Assembly: GCA_951406725.2 (NCBI GenBank)
Contig: OX597828.1
Location: 69,936,001-70,000,000, forward strand
Source of the DNA: Octopus vulgaris
Lineage: Eukaryota
Length of the DNA stretch: 64,000 nt
Direction of reading: 5' to 3'
The notes under the pieces were generated by a model, which had not been told where the DNA came from, did not search any database, and saw only the letters and a program-made list of their open reading frames with translations. Positions 53,208 through 64,000 of this stretch are shown piece after piece. A program made the translations under genes and the position numbers. Within the stretch, counting starts at the first letter, position 1, and each line of letters opens with the position of its first letter.

Positions 53208-53771
53208 TAAAATTAATCGCCACATTTCCTTGAGATTTTACAACTATTATATACATACACATGCGCGCACACACAAAGACACATATAATGCTATATTTTC
53301 TCAGCGTCAAATAAATTTCATTATTTTAGAAGTTTCCATGTAGTGTAAACTTCCGATATACGAATTTAATCCAAGGTCTTTGAAATCGTTGCAAAAACTT
53401 ATTGAACTGAGATTATGATATTCTCTATGACTCTACGAAATATCGGTCAACATTACATCTACGTACGCGCATGTGTGTGTCTATGGGGACGAGGGTGGAA
53501 CGCTTTGTGAGGATATGGATGCGGTTTTGGGTGCAATATGTCACCTTTATCACATGGAACAAGCAAATGATAAGTGGCTTCCAAGAAAGACCTCCTGCCC
53601 GAGTTACCTCGCTTATATATAGATTGACTGTAATAAAAATATAGACACATACATGCAAAGAGAAATAAGCACATTATAAGCATACATGTATATACATGTA
53701 TATACATGTATATACATATGTATACGCAGGCAGTTAATCTTGTTTACGCTTCATAATCACGAACAAACGCG

Positions 53772-53820
<49 letters not shown>

Positions 53821-53943
53821 ATCTGTGTATAGATACCTACCTATCTATACACGGATAGATAGATAGATACGCCTGTGTATGTATATATATACATACATAC
53901 ATACATACATGCATACCTATATACACAAACATACAAACCTATA

Positions 53944-53981
<38 letters not shown>

Positions 53982-53988
<7 letters not shown>

Positions 53989-54274
53989 ATCACGTGACCG
54001 ACCAGACCATCAGATGTTGCTACACATCGCTGGTCGCATTGTTCGCATTGTTTTAGCCTTCGAATGACGCCACCCTGGTGGCTAAGCGAGCAGGCCAACA
54101 GAAGAAAGAGTGAGAGAAAGAGTGGTGAAAGAGTACAGCAGGGATCACCACCCCCTGCCGGACCCTCGTGGAGCTTCTAGGTGTTTTCGCTCAATAAACA
54201 CACACAACACCCGGTCTGGGAATCGAAACCGCGATCTTACGACCGCGAGTCCGCTGCCCTACCCACTGGGCCAT
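53982..54274 (-). mobile_element. tRNA-derived SINE (family E) inserted in (TA)n
   Basis: Minus strand TGGCCCAGTGGG A-box, GGTTTCGATTCCC B-box, (TCACGTGA)-type tail. Confidence 0.8.
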
Positions 54275-54287
54275 TATATATATATTA

Positions 54288-54369
<82 letters not shown>

Positions 54370-54402
54370 TTATAACCACTGGGCCATTATATATATATAT
54401 TT

Positions 54403-54447
<45 letters not shown>

Positions 54448-54452
<5 letters not shown>

Positions 54453-54745
54453 AATCCAAACGGGAAACAAAAAAACAACAACAAGGGAACAATTACAGTA
54501 TTATTATTAATAGGCGCTCAGGAAATGGAAGCAGGAAGGTATGACGTTTCGAGCGGAGCTCTTCGTCGGAAACATAAAGAAGGAAGAGAGAGGAAAGAAA
54601 GATCCCGGAGCGGGCAACGGAGATAGAGAAAAAACGGCTGGTGTTAGCAGAAGCACATGGTGAAAGGCGGATGTTTACGATAACAAGAGCAAAGTGGGTT
54701 TTTAAAGGCAAAAGAGTGGAGACAAGGTTGGTAACGCAACAGATG
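54448..54745 (-). mobile_element. PLE pLTR-like segment with HHR-like motif (54539-54573)
   Basis: Minus strand CCGACGA A GAGC tcc GCTC GAAAC GTC. Abuts (TA)n. Confidence 0.7.
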
Positions 54746-57355
54746 TGTGTGTATGTGTGAGTGTGTGCGTGTGCGTGTGTGTATGTGTGTGTGTGAGGCG
54801 AGGTAAAAAAACAAAAAATATATGTATGTGTTAGTGTGTGCGTCTGTGTGTAGGCGTGTGAGGTAGGGCGAGACGGTGGTCAGCATAGCAGCAGCATAGC
54901 AGACAAAGGTCAGTAGTGAGAAAAGGGAGGAAGGAGGAAGGGAGGGAGGGGAAGGGGTGGGGGCGTATGTAGCGTGCCAGCGTGTGTTGAGTGGTAGTGT
55001 GTGTGTGTGTCCAGTGTTCGTGGTAGTATTAGTGGCGAGTAGATTGAATGTGTGTAAGAGTGAGGTATATGTTTAAGCAATGTGTGTATATGTGTGCGCG
55101 TGTGTGTAACGAAAAAAAAAGGGGGGGGGGGGTTAGGAAAAGGACTCCAGCGGAGGGGAAGATGGAGGAGTGGTCCCGCGGAGACGGGCGTGGGAAAACC
55201 CAACGACACGCGACATCCCAGGAACGGGCGGGAGGTCTCGTCGGATCCAAGGGCGAGGTGCATGCGGGCGCATGCGTGCGCGAACCGGCGCAAACGCGTG
55301 TGTGCGCGAGCCTGCGAGTGTGCGCGTACGTATGTGTGCGTGTGGATGTGTGAGTGTGTCTGTGTGTATGTCTGGGTGGCAGTGTGTCCGATGAAAGTAT
55401 GTGAGTATGTGTGTATATATGTGTGTGCATAGATGTATGTCCGTGTGTGTGTGTGTGTGTGTATGTGTGTATGAGTGTGTATGTATGTACGTGTGGGTGT
55501 GGGGAAGTGTGTGTATGTGCATGTGTGTGCGCGAACATACAGGTGTGTGAGTGAGTGCGTGTGTGTGTATGTATGTGTGAGTGTGTATGTATGTGTGTGT
55601 AGGATGCATGTATGTGTATGGGTGTATGTATGCGTGTGTGTATGTATGTATGTGTACGTGCGTGTGTGTGTGTGTATGCGTGTAGGTGTGCGCGTGTGCA
55701 TGCGTGCATGTATGTGCGTATGTGTGTGTGTGTGCATGTGTGTGGGTATATATGTGTGTGCGTATATGTGTGTGTATGTGCGTACATGTGTGTGTGTGTG
55801 CATGTGTGTGTGTAGGTGTGTAGGCGTGTGTGTATAGGTGTATGTATGTAAGTATGTATGGGTGTGTCCGTGTATGTGTGTATGTATGTGTGTGTATGTA
55901 GCTGTGTGGGCGTGTGTATATGTGTGTGTATGTAGGTGTGTAGGCGTGTGTATATAGGTGTATGTATGTATGTCTGGGTGTGTCCGTGCATGTTTGTGTG
56001 TGTGTGTGTGTGCATGTGTATGTAGGTGTGTGTGTACGTGTGTAATGTATGTGTGTATGCGTGTGTATGCGTGCGTGTGTGTATGTAGGTGCGTGTGTAT
56101 GTGTGTGGGAGTGTAGGTGTGTGTGTGCGTGTGCGTGTTTATGTTGGTGTGTGCGTATGTGAGTGTGAGTGTATGAGTGTTTGTCATGCATGTGTGTGCG
56201 CGTGCAGGTGAGTGTGTGTGTAAGTATGTGTGTGTGTATGTTTGTGTGAGTGTGTATGTGTGTATGTCTGTGTGTATGTATGTGCGTATAGGAGTATGTA
56301 GGTATGTGTGTGTGTATGTATATGGGTGTATGTATGTGTGTGTGTGTGCATGTGTATAAGTATATGCGTGTGTGCGTATGTGTGTGTATGTGTAGGTGTG
56401 TGTGTTTATGTATGTGTGTATGTATGTGTGTAGGCGTGAGTGTGTAGATGTATCTATATATGGGTGTGTGTCAGTGTGTGTTTGTGTGTGTGTAGGTAGA
56501 TGTGTGTGTCTGAGTGAGGGTATGGCTGTGTAGGTGTGTGTGTGTATGAATGTAAGTGTGTGCGTATACAAGTGTAATGTATGTATGTGGGTGTGTGTGT
56601 GTGTGTATGTGTACGTGTGCGTGTGTATGTGTGTGTGTGTATGCGTGTGAGTGTGGGTGTATGGGTGTATGTCTGTGTGTGTGTATGTCTGAAGTGGGTA
56701 TGTGTGTGTATGTATGTATGTGTGTGTGTGTGCGGGTATGTGTGTGTGTGTATGTGTGTGTGTGAGTAGGTGTGCGTGTATGTATGTGGGTAGGGATGCA
56801 TGCGAGTGTGTGGGTATGTATGCAAACATACGCAAGCGCACATCCGAAGCAAGCCCACACACACGAAGCGCGCTCAACGCACACAACGCACAAGCAGTGC
56901 AACGCAAGCCCAAAGGGGCCGACCGAGCCCCCAGCGCGCGCCAAGGCGCGCGAGCGCAAAGGCCCTCGAACGCCCCGCTACGCGGGAACCGAGGATCCAT
57001 CAGCCAAAACCGGAAAGCAGAAAAGAGGGGGGGCTGCCTGGATGCAAAAAGGTGTATGTGTGTGTGCATCCAGTGTACGGGTGTGCATGTGTGGGTATGT
57101 ATGTATGTATGTGCCTACATGTATGTGTGCATGTGTGTGTGTGTGAGGTATGTACGTGCGGTGTGTGTGTGTGAGTGTGTGTGTGTGTATGTGCGTATGT
57201 ATGTGTGTGTGTATGTGTGTATGTATGTCTGTGTGTGTGTGTGTGTGTGTAAGTATGTATGCGTGTGTGTATGTATGTGTGTGTGTATGTGCATGTGTGT
57301 CTGTAAGTGTGTGTGATTAAATGTGTAGATGGGTCTACGTATGTGTGTGTGCGTG
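54745..57355. repeat. Irregular GT/GTAT low-complexity tract with two GC-rich islands
   Basis: Aperiodic GT mosaic with islands at about 55110-55320 and 56820-57050. Confidence 0.8.
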
Positions 57356-57582
57356 AACAGGCGTGTGGGAGGTAGGTAGGTGGGTGGGAGGTAGGTGGGT
57401 GGGAGGTAGGTGGGTGGGTATATATATACAGATAAATCCATACACATATATATAATGTATATGATAATATACACACAAATGTGTACGTTTATAAATTTGT
57501 GTGTATATTATATGCACAAAGATTAATATGAATATATAGACGCATAATTTTATATGCATACTCACACACATGTATAAGTCGC

Positions 57583-57715
57583 GCTTCATTCAGTTTCCTT
57601 CTACCAAAGTCACTCACAGGTCTTTGAGATTATAGTAGAAATTACTTGCCCAAGGTGCCACGCAGTGGAAGTGAACCCCGAACCATGTAATTAGCAAGCG
57701 AGCTTCTTACTACGC
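57583..57715 (-). mobile_element. SINE family A head
   Basis: ACTTGCCCAAGGTGCCACGCAGTGG..AACCATGT. Confidence 0.75.
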
Positions 57716-57731
57716 ACTCACCCTATGCCCT

Positions 57732-57872
<141 letters not shown>

Positions 57873-58001
57873 TTAATAAGGGTGAGAGAATTAGATACTA
57901 ATTTAATAGTATATCTATTCAACACCAAGTGTATTTTTGTGGTTGAAACCTTTTGGATTTACTAGTGCTAGAGTGAGCCATATAGTGACCACTCTCTTAT
58001 A

Positions 58002-61404
<3,403 letters not shown>

Positions 61405-61590
61405 CTACAAAATTAGAAAATGGAGAAACATACTTAAATCAATAAAACATCAACTATCAGATGATACCCAATCAATACTTTATTACACCATTACATATCA
61501 GTAAAGGCATTATACAAAATATATAGTAAATATAAATAGACAAGGAAATAGAAATATAAAATATAAAATATAATATGTAATTATATCATA

Positions 61591-61700
61591 TCTGACAGCT
61601 GTTTCGGCAGTAAGGGCAGTCATACCTCATTTAACCTATAAGCCATAAAGGCAGGTATAAATGAGGCATTAACAAGGATGCCCCACGGCCTCTTCAGAGA
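61591..61700 (-). ncRNA. Type I hammerhead ribozyme, canonical core
   Basis: Inverted copy of 62325-62434. Confidence 0.75.
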
Positions 61701-62324
61701 ATTTAATTTGTTATAATTGTGAAAAAGTTATTTTTCCATATACATATAAATATAAAAATATAAAAATGTAAAATATAAAAACTTGTGCATAAACTCCATA
61801 ATGCTACACATATATAATACTCATTGATACAATAATGCAAGGTAAACAAAACAAAATAAAACAAAATACATATCAGCGTACCAAGTCCCGATTTTGAATG
61901 GATGGACTTGGTGCAAACTTAACTGTATCTATTATTATTATTATTATTATTAATATTAATAGTAATTTATATTGACTTTTATAGGTTTATAATTTTATGA
62001 ACTGAACTATGGTTTTTTATTATTATTTTTCAGGTATAGGTATGATTTTAATTTAAATAGTAGTGCGCATACATCTCCCTATGTGTTAGTTTTTAGAACT
62101 ATTAGCCAAATATGTAAAATAACTGTGCTTATTAATATTAATATATACGCTGATATATATTTTGTTTTAGTTTGTTTTGTTTACCTTGCATTATTGTATC
62201 AATGAGTATTATATATGTGTAGCATTATGGAGTTTATGTACAAGTTTTATATTTTACATTTTTATATTTTTATATTTATATGTATATGGAAAAATAACTT
62301 TTTCACAATTATAACAAATTAAAT

Positions 62325-62434
62325 TCTCTGAAGAGGCCGTGGGGCATCCTTGTTAATGCCTCATTTATACTTGCCTTTATGGCTTCTAGGTTAAATGAGG
62401 TATGACTGCCCTTACTGCCGAAACAGCTGTCAGA
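62325..62434 (+). ncRNA. Type I hammerhead ribozyme, canonical core
   Basis: tct CTGAAGA GGC..GCC GAAA cagct GTC aga. Long branched stem II (CCTCATTTA/TAAATGAGG), palindromic ACAGCTGT, GUC at 62429-62431. Confidence 0.78.
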
Positions 62435-62788
62435 TATGATATAATTACATATTATATTTTATATTTTATATTTCTATTTCCTTGTCTATTTATACTTACT
62501 ATATATTTTGTATAATGCCTTTACTGATATGTAATGGTGTAATAAAGTATTGATTGGGTATCATCTGATAGTTGATGTTTTATTGATTTAAGTATGTTTC
62601 TCCATTTTCTAATTTTGTGGTATTAATTTACGGTAATATTATTACCTTTGCCCATATAATACAATAGATGAACTAATTGCTTGGTAATTTTTAACATCTA
62701 TGTATTAGTCTTGTTGGGTACCTATCTAGCAGTATATTGGATATATGTTATCCCATGGTGGGTTGAATTTTTCAACCCCTATCTCATT

Positions 62789-62908
<120 letters not shown>

Positions 62909-62993
62909 TAACATGTATCTATTAATCAATCTATGTATCTAGTCTGTCCGTATCTATATACATGTATGCGTTTGTGTATACATACACATATAA

Positions 62994-63057
<64 letters not shown>

Positions 63058-63125
63058 CTATATATATGTGTGTATATATATGTATAAATATATATATATA
63101 TTGATAGATAGATAGATAAAGAGAC

Positions 63126-63180
<55 letters not shown>

Positions 63181-63371
63181 TACATTAAAATTGTATGATA
63201 GATTGCCGTCATTTCATTCTTTCTTTCTTACCTGTCTGCGTTTGCCTTTCAAGTGCTGTGTTTTTACTGAGATCCCCCTTTTAGTAGAAGGAATAGCTAT
63301 ATCTCTTTGACTGCTATTTCTAAATTCGGTGTGTTGGTGAGGCAATTCGTTGCTAAACCCTTAATTACTTA

Positions 63372-63485
<114 letters not shown>

Positions 63486-63574
63486 CTGCTGCAATTTTTG
63501 CAACTTGTAATAAAGCCTGTCTTTGTATGAAACAATTGTACTAAAAACTAATCCATTCTTGTTGCTTCTTTCTC

Positions 63575-63633
<59 letters not shown>

Positions 63634-63644
63634 CAAACATATTT

Positions 63645-63709
<65 letters not shown>

Positions 63710-63804
63710 TATACACACGTACATACACACAAATATCCACGCATAGGTGTTGTGAGTATACAGTGTGTGTGTGTGTGTGTGTATGTGTGTTTGTGTGTTT
63801 GTGC

Positions 63805-63857
<53 letters not shown>

Positions 63858-64000
63858 AACTCCGTTCACCCACATATTCAGTTTCCCCGCCACCCGTTTG
63901 CGATACCTTGTATTGTTCACTACCCTCCACATTACACACCTGTACGATATTTAATCTGTAACAGGTATTCGAGAAATCGAGATAAGGTTTTCGATTCCAG

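Noticed and set aside
54910-57069. 719-aa ORF and overlapping long ORFs
   Set aside because: His/Thr/Tyr low-complexity translation of a (CA)-rich tract that cannot form stops; not a protein as assembled.

Overview
This is eukaryotic, AT-rich DNA saturated with microsatellites ((TA)n, (GTAT)n, (CTAT)n, (GT)n, (ATT)n). I could not confidently identify any host gene, and almost every ORF in the supplied track is a microsatellite translation. The repeat complement looks like an octopus or other coleoid cephalopod genome; this is from recognition only, not a search. Contents: (1) a full-length decayed mariner with TIRs, plus Tc1 and maT fragments; (2) two CR1-group LINEs, one nearly intact, plus RTE, L1/Tx1-like and RLE (R4/Dong-like) fragments; (3) about 35 copies of at least five tRNA-derived SINE families; (4) many Penelope-like element (PLE) relics: three decayed RT or GIY-YIG fragments and about 20 type I hammerhead-ribozyme (HHR) motifs. 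Six HHRs have a canonical core. Most sit in short inserts in (TA)n tracts, and several sit in fold-back (inverted) arrangements. Main leads: the HHR fold-back elements, head-less SINE multimers enclosed by a single TSD (apparent self-targeted insertion), and a CCAAT/CRE array followed by TATA, Inr, ATG and a splice donor in a PLE-like insert. Coordinates were counted by eye; degenerate copies may be off by about 10-20 bp.
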